Shown in pieces: positions 1-11,400 of a stretch of DNA of 64,000 bases (positions are counted from its first letter, which is position 1; each line of letters begins with the position of its first letter). The position numbers and the translations under genes are program-made. Under the pieces are notes generated by a model. The model did no database searches, had not been told where the DNA came from, and was given only the letters and a program-made list of their open reading frames with translations. Origin of the DNA: Camelus dromedarius (lineage: Eukaryota); assembly GCF_036321535.1 (NCBI RefSeq), contig NC_087439.1, positions 30,380,001-30,444,000 on the forward strand, written 5' to 3'.

Positions 1-59
1 AGATGGATTTTGTGTAGGCTAAACAGCTGTCTGTTTATTCATTTTTTAAAAAATATGAA

Positions 60-432
60 TGCATTTAGATGGGACTTTTGTCAGTTTCTGTGGTATAAAT
101 ACTCTTACAATGTCTGATTTCAAGCCACCAACACGACATTCACAAACACAGAGCCGGGAAGAGATGTGCACATAAATTGTATAATATTTCCATCATACAC
201 ATACAATAGGTGTAAATAAACTAAAGTGTTTATATAATGGTAAAACCTCGTAAAATAATCAGAAAATGATGAGCTTGAGTATTTAGTATCATTGCTTAAT
301 GTAACTTCTTTCATTGTACATTTTTATAATTTAAATTTTCACAATGGCTGTATTTAATAATCAGCTCTCAGAAGTCTCAAAAACTTAACCCCTGGCTCTC
401 GTGGGTTAGTGTGAGCCAGCTGCAGCACACCC
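60..432 (-). mobile_element. Old hAT-type DNA transposon remnant (MER63/Blackjack-like)
   Basis: Terminal segment gtgagccagctgcagcacac (411-430) and the AT-rich body resemble the recalled MER63-type consensus. The family name is uncertain. Confidence 0.45.
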
Positions 433-477
433 TTGCATAACACGTCATGTGACCACAGCAGCCACAGCCCAATGGTT

Positions 478-695
478 CAAGCTCTGGAGGCTGAATTTGT
501 ATACCAGATCTCACATTTACTAGTGGTGGAGCTTGCACAAGCTACTTAACTACAGAGAACTTCAGTTTTCTCAGATCAGAACATAAGTCAATAATGTTTA
601 TTCTGTTAGCCTACAGTGAGGAGTAAAAATAATTTATGTGAAGGGCTTATTAGCACTGTCTTTGGCACATAATAATTACTCAGTAAATAATGACA
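478..695 (+). mobile_element. MIR SINE remnant with L2-like 3' tail
   Basis: Degenerate MIR core (aagctacttaactacagagaacttcagttttctc), then tatgtgaagggcttattagcactgtctttggcacataataattactcagtaaat. Confidence 0.55.
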
Positions 696-1039
696 ATGTC
701 TTTAACTCTAGGTAGGAATTGATTAGAATTGCTTTGTGGCTACCTTGAAATCTTGCCTGCAACACCTCAAAGAAATAAGAAATTTTAAACAGAGGAAGGA
801 AAGAAGCAAGGGAGGCCTGAAAAGACTGGGGTGGAGGGCAACTTGAGGGCCCTGAGAAAGAAAGAACAAAATAGGATCAAAAGATAAAAAATTGGAATGA
901 GGGAAAGTAACTCAAAAATGCAGTTGAAAATCCCAGGGCAAGCCATGTCTATGCTATCCATTAGAGATTCAGTCTCAATTTCTCACAAAGGATGTATATT
1001 CTCTCCACAAATGAAATAATTTCCTTGAGTAGACAAGTA

Positions 1040-1440
1040 TCAAATAATCCCATGCTATTGGTTTGGCCCAGATAATTCAATCAGTAGTGGACACGTCACC
1101 CACACTCATCCTGAAATTTGAAATTTATACCCAGAGACTGAAGTCAGTCAATGTTGGGTGCTGCCATACTGCACAACCCCGAATGGCCACCAGAAAATGA
1201 GGAAAGGAAGCCAATCAGCAGAGGTGGAGAAAAGCAATGTAGCAATACACAGAGATGGAGCTGGCCTGGCCCCATGCAGAAAAAGGACAGGAGACAAGTG
1301 CTCGTTTCTTATGAAGTCTGACAATATCCCTTAAACTTTGTTTCTGTGAGATGAACTATATTCTTTATACTAAATTTTCTTAACCTAAACAAGCTGGAGT
1401 GGGTATCTATTCCCTACAACCAAATGATTTCTGACCAGCT
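1040..1440 (+). mobile_element. Very old ERVL-type LTR remnant
   Basis: LTR-like 3' part (cttaaactttgtttctgtgagatgaac...aagctggagtgggtatctattccctacaaccaaa). Highly diverged. Confidence 0.35.
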
Positions 1441-1827
1441 AATCCCTGCTGGTTTTAAAGTTTTATGAAAATATACAAAAGCACAGTATTTCACAGCTTG
1501 AGGTGATGAGATTCCAGCCCCCTGGACTGATGTATGACCAATGGACTCAATGGAGTTCAAAGAAATTAAATAACTTGCATCAAGCGACATATTTAAGGAA
1601 CAACAGGGCTTATTCTAAAGCTCAGTTCAGCTGGGTCCCAGGCAGGGCTGCCACACTCTTGTGCAGTACAATGACAATGGTGCCCTTCCAATTCAGAGTG
1701 GTAGCATGCTAAAAATCCCCTGAGACTGATACTATTCTCAAAGGTCAAATCTGTTTCTCTTTGTATTTCTTTTTATGAGTAAGTCAGACAGATCAAAGCA
1801 GAAGCAGGATGTTAGTCTACTGAGAGG

Positions 1828-2062
1828 CAGGGTTAAACATGGAGTTTGCAATTCAGCTGACTCATGCTCCAATCTTTTCTCTTGCCCTGACAAGCTATGT
1901 GATTATGCGAAAGAGACATGACCTCTGTAAGTTCCAGTTTCTCTTCTAAGATGGAGATAAATAAAATTATCTAATTTATAGAGTTGTTGAAAGATTAAAT
2001 AAAATGATTCATAAATATACTTAACATATGCTCCTGCCATGTAATAAACATGCACCAGATGT
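1828..2062 (+). mobile_element. MIR SINE
   Basis: gggttaaacatggag...acaagctatgtga...cctctgtaagttccagtttctcttctaagatggagataaat...gagttgttgaaagattaaataaaatgat matches MIR organisation. Confidence 0.7.
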
Positions 2063-2120
2063 TAAAAATTGTTCTTGATCTTAGTATTGTCAATGGTAAT
2101 TGGTCAGATAGGAGTCAGGA

Positions 2121-2244
2121 ACCAAGTCTGGTGGGTTCTGTGTAATTCTACATTAGGATGCAATGATTTCTTTCCCTGATATAATAATGTAAGTTTATAT
2201 AATCAGTAGCAAGATCCATATATGTGTATTTCTACATGATACAA
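2121..2244 (+). repeat. Inverted repeat, copy A (124 bp)
   Basis: Aligns without gaps to the reverse complement of 3716-3839 at 107/124 identity (counted by hand). Confidence 0.95.
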
Positions 2245-2678
2245 GCCATTCTTCCAAAAACAGGTATTTGTTAAATCTTTTCTTAAACATGCGACTGACT
2301 TCAATCCAGAATATAGTTGAGATTTAATGTGCTTTGAAAACGGAAACTTTTATACCAGATGATTAAAAATGTGGCACTAAATGTAAAAAACCATGAATGT
2401 TAACAGTCAGCATTAAAAACAAGCAATACTTTTCCTGGAGCTTCTATGAGGCAGAGCTAACAATAATTACTAACCCAGCAGCTCAAATCAGGAAATACTA
2501 TATAAGCACAGCTACACTTCATTAATGCAGAAAAACCAAACTGTTTTCAGCTAGAAGGAATCTATAATGCAACATTAAACAAGTAGAGATGGATCAACCT
2601 AGAAACTTTGAAGGACATCATTACGGCTCTAAAATTCCATGATGCAGTGTTGATTAGGAAGATCGTGATAATCTAGAG

Positions 2679-2877
2679 CAGCAATCCTCAAGCTTCCGTG
2701 ACACAGGAATCAACCTAACAAAGGCGTAAAAAATGCATTTTCCTGGACCCTAACCCTAGCCATTCAAATTCAGTAGTTCCATCCATAGTGTTGATCAATT
2801 ATCTGTACTTTTTAATCAAGCTCTCTGGGTAATTATAATCCAGGTGATCTTGGCAGAACTCACTCTGAGAGACACTG
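2679..2877. mobile_element. MER5-family hAT-Charlie element
   Basis: Termini cagcaatcctcaagctt ... tgagagacactg. The 8-bp TSD atctagag (2671-2678) / atctagaa (2878-2885) matches the Charlie nTCTAGAn target preference. Confidence 0.8.
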
Positions 2878-3374
2878 ATCTAGAATCTCAGATACAGTGA
2901 ACTTTTGGATGAGAAGGAAGACAAGGTTCTGCAGACATAGCTTTTCTCAGCAGGCTTGGAATGGAGGCAGGTCTACTTCTTCAAAAAAGAAAAAACAAAA
3001 CCACTCAAATTATGCCAGTCTTTCCAAGTAGCTGTACCTTGACTCTCACTGAAGCTTAAAGGGGAGTTCTGTGGAAATACCAGGTGTTAGTACTAGCTCA
3101 GTTTGTCTCACGGGAATCGAATGACTAATGTGGAGCAGCAGAAGCACAAAGGAATTTCAGGTTTAATGAGTCATTCAGTGCACAAGAGAGGTATTTGTTT
3201 CCCTAATAATCTGTAAATATAAATAATCAAGCATAGATTTCTACAATAGTGATTACCAAGTACTTATTTTTAAAACATCTCAAAAGCTAAAGGATTTTAA
3301 ATTTTAGTAGTAATACACTGTACCTGATATACTGTGGTTGTACTTGCCCAGTCAAGGGAGGCAGCAGCAAAGCT

Positions 3375-3520
3375 TTCTACAATAGTCATCAGACTGGGAT
3401 TTGGGGCATTAGAATTCTAATCTCATCTCTGATGTCAACTTACTCTGCAATTTTGGGCAAGTCCTTTCACTTCTCTGGATCTCAGAGTGGACTTGATAGC
3501 TCGAGAGTTCCTTTCTATTC
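3375..3520 (+). mobile_element. MIR SINE fragment
   Basis: agactgggattt...tctcatctctgatgtcaacttactctgcaattttgggcaagtcctttcacttctctggatctcag. Confidence 0.65.
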
Positions 3521-3534
3521 TGATGATCTGTAAT

Positions 3535-3705
3535 AAAGTGTTTACTGTGTACTGTGTACTAGGAATTGTTCTAAGCGCTTCATGTAAAAGTGAACCCATT
3601 TAATTGTCACAATCAACCTATGAAACATGTACCGTATTTTAATCCCATTTTATAGGCAAGTATACTGAGGCACCAAAAGGTTAAGTAACTTTTCCAAGGT
3701 CACTG
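3535..3705 (-). mobile_element. MIR SINE fragment, truncated at inverted-repeat copy B
   Basis: cccattttataggcaagtatactgaggcaccaaaaggttaagtaacttttccaaggtcac is the antisense MIR core. Confidence 0.75.
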
Positions 3706-3715
3706 TGCTGTTTAT

Positions 3716-3839
3716 TTGTATTATGTAGAAATACACACATATGGATGTTGCTATTGATTATACAAACTTACATCATTATGTCAAGGAAAGAAATCATTGT
3801 ATCCTAGGGTGAAAATACATAGAACCCATCGGACTTGGT
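3716..3839 (-). repeat. Inverted repeat, copy B (124 bp)
   Basis: Reverse complement of 2121-2244 at 86% identity; sits between a truncated MIR and a 5'-truncated MLT2. Confidence 0.95.
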
Positions 3840-4271
3840 CAGCTTGGCTGGGTCACTACTGTGGTCCCACATTATTCTGGATGTTTCTGTGAGGGTATTT
3901 TTGGGTAAGATTTATACTTAAATGGTGGATTTTGAATGAGGCAGATTACCCTCCATTCTGTGGGTGGGCATCATCCAATCAGCTGAAGGTCTGTATGGAA
4001 CAAAAGCTGATCTTCTGGAAGTCCCAGGTTGCCAGCAGACCAACTTCAGGCTTCATTTGCAACACAGGCTCTTCTTGGCTCACCAGCAGACTGCCTTTGG
4101 TCTTGAACTGCAACTCCTTCCCGAGTCTCTAGCTTGCCAGCCTCCCTTATCAGATTTTGGACTCACCAAGCCTCTAAAATCCTTTGAGCTAATACTTCAT
4201 AAAAAATCTCTTTCTATCTATCTATCCACTTCCTACTGGCTCTGTTTTTCTGGAGAACCCTGACAAATACA
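3840..4271 (+). mobile_element. MLT2 (ERVL) solo LTR, apparently missing its first ~20 bp
   Basis: cagcttggctggg...ctggatgtttctgtgagggtatttttgg...gcagattaccctccattctgtgggtgggcatcatccaatcagctgaagg...ggctctgtttttctggagaaccctgacaaataca. Confidence 0.85.
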
Positions 4272-5135
4272 GTCCCACACTAGACTACTACTGGTAATAG
4301 CAGGAGAGCCAGGCTTTGGCCCCAGACAGCCTGGCTCCCCAGGTGGGGGATAAGAAAGATTCTGCAATGCCAGAGGTTGGCCAAGCATCCCCTCTGTGAA
4401 TTCAGAGTCATGTGAACGTAGACTCATAAATAGAATTTGTTCTTAATGGGTATTCTCTGTATGTCTACAGTGATGATATCGTTCAACTGGGCATAATAAA
4501 TTCATGAAACATGAAGCTCCAAACAGTGATACTGAAGAAACTAATATTATACACATTTGATTACAGGAAGTTACTTAGTCTTACAGAACTGATTTCAGTA
4601 AGTAAGTGCCATCTTACAGAAAGTCCCTCATTGGCAGAGACACCTGTACCCAACCCTAGCCAAAAGATAATTCTGAGTGTATGACTCCCTGCGGCAACCT
4701 TTTCCCTTCTTATTTGTTGATCTTGCCCTCCGCTCAGTAGACACTATTCTGGAAGATTCTTGGAGTACTTGGTGGTAGTAGGTGGATTTAAAACTACCAC
4801 TTAAAATTTTTATCCTATCTTATTTCAATTTAATTAAATAATTAAATAATAGTAGGTTCTTACGTTCCCTTTGTAATGTGTGCATAGAATCACTTTCCTT
4901 TTCAAGACCCAAATTCAGTTTTTGACCCTCTCATAAAGATGACCCTAGAGACATGACTTTGGACTGGCCCAAGTATAGACATCATCAAACAATTAATTAT
5001 CACCAATTGTCCAAATGCCTGGTAAGGAAAGAAGAAGCCAGAAATGTCCTGCATCTTCTTTTCACTAGAAGTTAGTTTTAGATTCCTATGACGAAGTCAA
5101 CAAAGATTTTAGAGAGACTTAGGATGAGCCCCTAC

Positions 5136-5254
5136 CTTCAAATGCACTCATTATTAAGGCATGAGAGGCTTCGCTGGTGGAGGTCAGCTGTCTCCACTAC
5201 AGATGTCTGGTTTGAGCAGCTGAAGGCTGATAGCTTGGGAAAAACAGGGTGCCT
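5136..5254 (-). other. Candidate exon (119 nt), stops in all three frames
   Basis: Minus-strand acceptor gtgtttccttcttttag| and donor GAAG|gtaggg. Splice signals only; no transcript evidence. Confidence 0.25.
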
Positions 5255-5372
5255 CTAAAAGAAGGAAACACTTAGCTAAGGTTCGAAATCACTGGGCAAT
5301 TTCTGGCATTTGTACATGGCTCAAATGTTGTCTGTAACTCCTCTGACCCAAACTATTAACTCCGAGACTTAC

Positions 5373-5432
5373 GTAGCAGTGGAGGAAGAAGAGGAGGAAG
5401 GTGAGTTGTTTCGTTTAAGACTGGCTGAGCCA
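5373..5432 (-). other. Candidate exon (60 nt)
   Basis: Acceptor ctttcttgcgctgactgagtttggctgcag| and donor TAC|gtaagt. Open in phase 2-2 as GSASLKRNNSPSSSSSSTA. Confidence 0.3.
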
Positions 5433-7216
5433 CTGCAGCCAAACTCAGTCAGCGCAAGAAAGAGGGGTTCAGAACATTTGGCTAGTTTCCTTCCTCCCAA
5501 ATGAGGTGTGCAGACTTGCCTCTCACTATTTTGGTTAAAGGCCTCCCTTCACATAAAATGTCACTGGTTATATGGGTTTGTTTGTATTATCTTTGAACTT
5601 GATGTATATTATTCTACCTTTGTCAACATCCATTCCCATTTTCTATAAGCTTTAAACTATCCCAGATGCTGAGCAAATGTGAATTCTTTGGAATGTGGCC
5701 GACCTCTGTAATCTAGTTGCACAATCACTACTCTCCGTCTCCAAATTCTGTGTAACTGTCAATTTTAAGCATGCATTATCTGGAGCATTTATATGCTGTA
5801 GTTTAAGACAGACGCCAAATGTGTAAAAACATAACCTTGACCGACTACTATCAGCATCTATGTGCCATTTAAAAGGAGAATGGACTCTCAAGTCTGAATG
5901 CTTATCTGCTGTTCACAATCATTTAATGCTTCAAAGTGTACGCTTCCAATGTCAATTCTTTAGTTGCCTGTCAAGGCACTTCCCACTAGGCATTTAGCTT
6001 CCAGTACATTCTGTACAGAATACAGCCAGAGCTTTAAGGATGTCAATTTGGATATTAAATATACGAATCAGCATCAAAGACATGTGATGTGACTTTTCCT
6101 CGGCACCGTAGTGTGACCAGCCTCCCTGTGTCCAAACTGCAGAGACACAGTGTCTTGCTTGATAAAACTGTGCGTGATGAAATTGCACCCCAAACTGTGC
6201 AATGAAGACCAGACGTGGGCATAACAAAAATGCATAGCCCACACGCCTTTTGCTGAGATTTAGATCTTCTTCTTTATCCTCCATCCTCTGCTGCAGCTTT
6301 ATTATTTTGGTACTTTTTTATATTATGCTGTATACATGAAAGGAGGAAGGGCAGTCACAAACAACTAAGAACAAAGAGAACAAAGCTAATACAGGGAAGC
6401 ATTTTCTTGGTCTCAGCAGACATTTGCAACATACTTTTGTGTATTATTTATGAGTTACACAGACAGGCTATGTTAACAGACCAAGGAAAGAATATTTAAA
6501 AAAGAATAAATCAGATAACTTTAGAATACTTAGGATAGGCCTGGGGAAAATATATTTCCTTTTGTCCAAAAAAAAAAAAAAAATCAATATCTTCCTTTTA
6601 AAAGGAAGTTTTTGAGGAAAATCTCCATGTGATATACAAACTTCCTGGAGCTTTCTAACATCAGTAGCTGTCTTTGTGCTGGCATTTTAATTGATTCCCA
6701 CCTTTTTTTTTTTTTTTCTTTTTTGGGGGGTCTTTCAAATGATCAATTTTGTGTACTCAGTTTGGGCATGTAATAGATTTAATTCTGTTCATAAAGAAGA
6801 TTGAAAATAAATATGGTCCTAAAAAATCCAGCTTATGCCATTAAATAATTGATTAACTAAATAAAAACCACATCGTATTTTCAGTTTAACCACTTGTTTA
6901 AGTTATGTGTCAGGGATTTCTTCTATAGGAGTTGAAAAATTTGATTAATGAAAGCTGTCCTCTGTGGAAAAAAATAACTTAGCTGTTCCATATGTCATAA
7001 AAAAGCTTGACTGGAGACTGAGCAGACTATAATTCTTTCCTTTCTGGAGGAAAATGTGAAATTCTTTTCATGGCTTTTAGACTGTGATCTCAAAGCTAAA
7101 TGAATTATTTTTGTCCTCAGGATTTTTCTCAACCTTATCGGGGTGACTGGCGGGGTGGGCTGCTGTAAACAGGACCCGAGTTTACCCCAGCTGTCTGAGT
7201 AGCAGCGGTGGCCTAC

Positions 7217-7328
7217 CTCATCATTATTAACAATGCAGTGGGTCTTTAAAGATTTTGAGTTTTCAAGAGCTATATAATCAGTTAAAAATTGTAGTCTGAT
7301 CAAAGGTTTGTGTATCAAGAAAAGGGTG
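7217..7328 (-). other. Candidate exon (112 nt)
   Basis: Strong acceptor gattttctctttttag| and donor GAG|gtaggc. One open frame (TLFLIHKPLIRLQFLTDYIALENSKSLKTHCIVNNDE); the exon also ends in ATG ATG AG. Confidence 0.35.
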
Positions 7329-8047
7329 CTAAAAAGAGAAAATCTTTCGGAAAAAATCTTAATTTTGCGTAGATCTGAAGCACTGACCTGCTTAGTTAAC
7401 CTCTTGGAGTTTAGGAAAGAGCTGGGGTTTTTTTTGTCTTGCATACAAGCCATTTGAGAGTCTAATCCAATTTTACTCCAGCCAATTCCCAAGCAAGAAG
7501 ATGCCCAGGGAGCCCCTCAGGATTCCAGATTTCTTCATTGTCCTTTACTGGCTTGTTGAACAATTACACTGGGAGTGAGTGGTAATCATGAGTATATTTG
7601 GCACAGGAAGAGTTGCCCACCACTGGAAAGAGAGAAGGTTCATATATTGCTCCTAGGAATCTTTTTACCCTGAAACATTGTGATGAGGGAGAGCTGGTGA
7701 GGGTGGATGGGGAATGTGGCTGGGATATGGGAGGTAGGACTACTCAAGATTCGAGGAATGGATCAAATGTACCAGCCCTTCTAATACTGGCCAAGCATTA
7801 AACTATATTCCTGAGGATAGAAAGATGAGTGGGCTCTCCTGCCTTAAGTAATCACAGCATGGTCAGGGAGATTTATATGCAAAGATGACTTTGCAAACAA
7901 ATACAATGTGTGCAACAATATTTGAACTATGTATAGAACACAGAAGGAGTACACAGATAGAAGTGATTACTTCATTGTTCTGAAAACAAGTTCAGGTTTC
8001 CCATACACTAGGTTAGAGAGAATATCTACTCAGAATGTACACTGACA

Positions 8048-8140
8048 GGGGTTGGGGTATAGCTCAGTGACAGAGTGTGCTTAGCATGCATGAGGTCCTG
8101 GGTTCAAGCCCCAGTACCTCTGTAAAAAGAATTTTTTAAA
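8048..8140 (+). mobile_element. tRNA-Ala-derived SINE (Vic-1-like, short form)
   Basis: ggggtatagctcagtgacagagtgtgcttagcatgcatgaggtcctgggttcaagccccagtacctc plus an A/T-rich tail. Degenerate TSD aatgtacactgaca / aatgtacaacggaca. Confidence 0.85.
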
Positions 8141-8233
8141 AAATGTACAACGGACAAGAGATCTTAACCATAAAGTACTTTGTAGCTCTTACCTAATGTC
8201 CTCATTTTCAAGAAATAACATGTAGTGCTAAGG

Positions 8234-8266
8234 AGTGTGTGTGTGCGTGTGTGTGTGTGTGTGTGT
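8234..8266. repeat. (GT)n microsatellite
   Basis: gtgtgtgtgtgcgtgtgtgtgtgtgtgtgtgt read directly. Confidence 0.95.
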
Positions 8267-8550
8267 TTCTGTTTAGCGAAGAGGGTGATGAAGCCTCTCC
8301 TTCCCACCTTCCTAAGTGGACCAAGTTGTCCTAAATCTCTTTGCTATTACTTCCATTTGTGGGCAAAATTTGACTTTTACAGGCTCATGCTGATAACCAA
8401 GGCAGAATAAGTGAAGTGGGAGCCATATAGGTTCATAACTAAGCTGTGTAATGGATTTGCACTTAAGGAAAATACCATATGCTACAGAGTCATTTTTTTC
8501 ATGACCTCAGCTGAGAAGAAATTGGATTGAAAAAAATTCTGAAAACCTGG

Positions 8551-8599
8551 AAGATTTTGAGTTTTCAAGAGCTATAATCAGTTAAAAATTGTAGTCTGA
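8551..8599 (+). repeat. 49-bp direct copy of 7249-7299
   Basis: Identical to the source except for a 2-nt TA indel. Flanked by aaaaattctgaaaacc (8532-8547) and aaaaattctggaaacc (8599-8614). Confidence 0.95.
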
Positions 8600-8816
8600 A
8601 AAATTCTGGAAACCAATCAAGCCAGGTTATAAAAGGTATTAGGAAAATCCTTTGCCGCTTATTCACTCTGACACAGCCCAGACACCAGAGCAGATGTTTG
8701 CAGAAGCAAATGAAAATAAATAAAGACCAAAAACACCACAAGAGAAACAGAAACTTCCCGTAAGGGGGAATGCATTATCCCGGACATCCTACAAAGGGGA
8801 GAGGGGGGGACTAGAA

Positions 8817-9020
8817 CAGCACTAATGAAAAGGACTCTCTGTGATGATGGAAATGTTCTGCCTCAGCGCTATCTATTATAGTAACCACTTGCAATATTTG
8901 ACTGTGGCTGTTGAGCCCTTGAAATATTTCTAGTGGGACTGAAGAACCAAATTTTTACTTTTTCTTTAATTTTTGTTACCTTAAATTTTAGCAGTTATAT
9001 TTGGCTAGTGGATTCTGACT
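8817..9020. mobile_element. MER3 hAT-Charlie element
   Basis: ctagaacagcac...tctgtgatgatggaaatgttct...gtggctgttgagcccttgaaat...ctagtgggactgaagaacc...tggctagtgg. Confidence 0.8.
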
Positions 9021-9039
9021 GAGAGGATTGGGGTATTAT

Positions 9040-10330
9040 AGATTTGGGGTGAGTGTGATGGAGTGAGGAAGGAAGGCCATCCCAAGTGTGGGAGCACACC
9101 CTTGGCAAAGGCACAGAAGTGGAAGAGGGTGGGGTCTTCAGCACTGCTGCTGGTCTGGCATGGCTCCAGTGCAGTGCACTGGGGTTAGGGCTGGTGAGAA
9201 AAGTAGGCTAAGCTGATTCCCTGTAGGGCCTAAAATGCCTACTCAGGATTTGTATTGTTATTCTGTAGGCAATGGAGTGAAACTAGATGTTTGGGGTAAA
9301 TGAGAAAAAGATCAGATGTGTGATTTAGAAAAATAAATCTGATGTCAGTGTTAATGAACTTGTAGAAAGACATAGGGGGATGAAGTCTAGTTAGAAGGAT
9401 GTAGAAGGGGTCGGGCATACGGTGAAGATTAGCTAGGATCCACACAAAGGACCAATAAAAAAGGGGGCTGAATATGGTAGAGCAGAATGCACAAATTTTG
9501 GTGACCTAATAGATGTGGGTGTTTTAGGGAAAAAGAAAGACAAAGGTAACTGTGAGGCTCTGTGTTTGGGTGGATGAGTGATAACATTCATCAAGCTAGG
9601 GAAGAAAGGCAAGACTGGGCTCATTGATTTAGAGGTATTAGCTTGGCATCCACTTTAAGATGAACAAATACAGAGATGAATTAAAAGTCTTCAAATGGGT
9701 CTTAGGCCAGAATCTCAAAATCAACATGTCCAAACCTGAGCAAGCATTTATTGGATGTCCAACTGGATTTTGGGAAGGCAAGTCTTGAGCTCAACACAGA
9801 GGTCAGAAATAGAGGCGTGATTCTTTGTGAACAGAAATGATAGTGAAAGTCATAAAAGCATGAAGTTGGTTAAGATGAGAACATTGTGTAGCTGACAAAG
9901 GAGGATAAGGGCAGGATAAGGGAGCATAAGGATTCAGATGAGTCAGCGAGGGAGACAGAGAAACAAAAACAGAGAATTTGGAGAACTCCAGCAGAAAATG
10001 ACGAAGTTAAGAAAGTTAAGAAAGAATAAGTTTCATATCCTGGAGTCTACACACTCAATAAAATGCAAGCTCCAAAATAAGCCATTAATTACTTTCTGTA
10101 AATTACTTTGCACCTGAGTAGGCCCCCAGGTAGGACAGGGACAGAAAGACCAATGTCTGGGGTGGGTCAGGTTGAAGGAGCCACGGACACAGCAAAGGCA
10201 GTGTACCTTGTGGTACGTATTACTGTAGAGAAGGGGAAGAATGAGGGAGAGAACCAAAATTATGTCACTGAGGCTTGGGAGGAGCCAATGGCAGTGGAAG
10301 GAATAGTCAAAGATCAGCTATTTTTTTTTT
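9040..10330 (-). mobile_element. L2 LINE fragments
   Basis: Purine-rich antisense L2 motifs (ttattctgtaggcaatggag, atcagatgtgtgatttagaaaaat, tagatgtggg, agtcttgagctcaacacagaggtcagaaatagag). Confidence 0.65.
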
Positions 10331-10334
10331 CTCT

Positions 10335-10480
10335 AGACTCTGATCAAGTAACTTCAGTTCTCTGAATCTCGGTTCCCTCCCACCTAAATGAGGTTAAGTA
10401 TAAGATTCAAAGGATAGTTGTGAGGATTAAGTGAGATGGTGCCCTTGGCATGACTGTGATTTGATAAATGTTAGTATCCT
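10335..10480 (+). mobile_element. MIR SINE fragment
   Basis: caagtaacttcagttctctgaatctcggttccctcccacctaaatgagg...gatagttgtgaggattaagtgagat. Confidence 0.7.
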
Positions 10481-11194
10481 TCCACCCCGTCCCCTCTTCA
10501 CAGCCTGGTATCAGGCATGCAGCCCATGAGTATTAACCTTAATGTGTCAACTGAATGTGGAATGTTTCCCTGTACTTGGAACAGACCTGAGCTTCTGGAA
10601 AAGGGCAATTTCAGCTTATCCAAAGCTGCCTTGTCACAGTGCTTGCACTCAAATATCTCAGTTCCCTGGAAATCAAAACTCTTTGGGTGAATGTCTCTGT
10701 GTTCATTTTGAAGCTTACCAATTCTGGCTTTTAGAACACAAACTTTTACAAAGAAGGGGAAATTCTTAAAATAAGCAATTATCCATGTCAGAGAAGTGTG
10801 AAAGTGACCCATCTCTATACCCATACAGCAGTGGAGCAACTGGTGACTAGTTCCCAGGAGGCTAGGAGGAGGACGCGGGTAGGGAGCAGAATGGGGACTC
10901 TTCAAGATTTTCCCTGATGGTCATGCTATCTGGATAATTCAATGAGAAAAAATATGGGGGTATCTGGGTGATTTAAGTGACGCATGTTTGGTGGTTAGGG
11001 AGAGGAGGAGAGTTACAGGTTGCATTGATCTATCAGTCTGATTCATCTCTCTCCACCAAAGGGTAAATGTAAGTATAGTTTTAAAAAGCTTATACCAGAA
11101 ATTAGTCCTTCTCTATAATGAGTGAGTTCAAAATATATGCTTTACTTTAGAAAACTGGCACATAAAGGGACCTAAATGGGCAGTACTGATTGGA

Positions 11195-11400
11195 TGATTC
11201 ACTGGTTCATGCATCCATTTATGCAACAAAGTCTATACTGTGTTCCACTCCGTTTACCAGGAGCTGGGGTAAGGTCCCTGTTTCCATGGAGTATACAGTC
11301 TAGCAGATAAGGCAGGCATTGCGCAAGAAGCTGTAAGTAAGAGAAGTTTTAGAAAGGCGTTACAGACACCCACACAAAGGAGCTCTCAATCTGGGGAATG
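11195..11400 (-). mobile_element. L2 3' fragment
   Basis: ttcatgcatccatttatgcaacaaag...ccctgtttccatggagtatacagtctagcag. Confidence 0.55.

Noticed and set aside
6995-7492. Longest ORF in the track (165 aa, minus strand)
   Set aside because: It reads through strong splice signals at 7329 and 7216 and has no recognisable domain. At most the 112-nt internal part is exonic.
10498-10905. 135-aa ORF with a CKHC motif
   Set aside because: It has a single CxxC, no supporting splice structure and no recognisable family.
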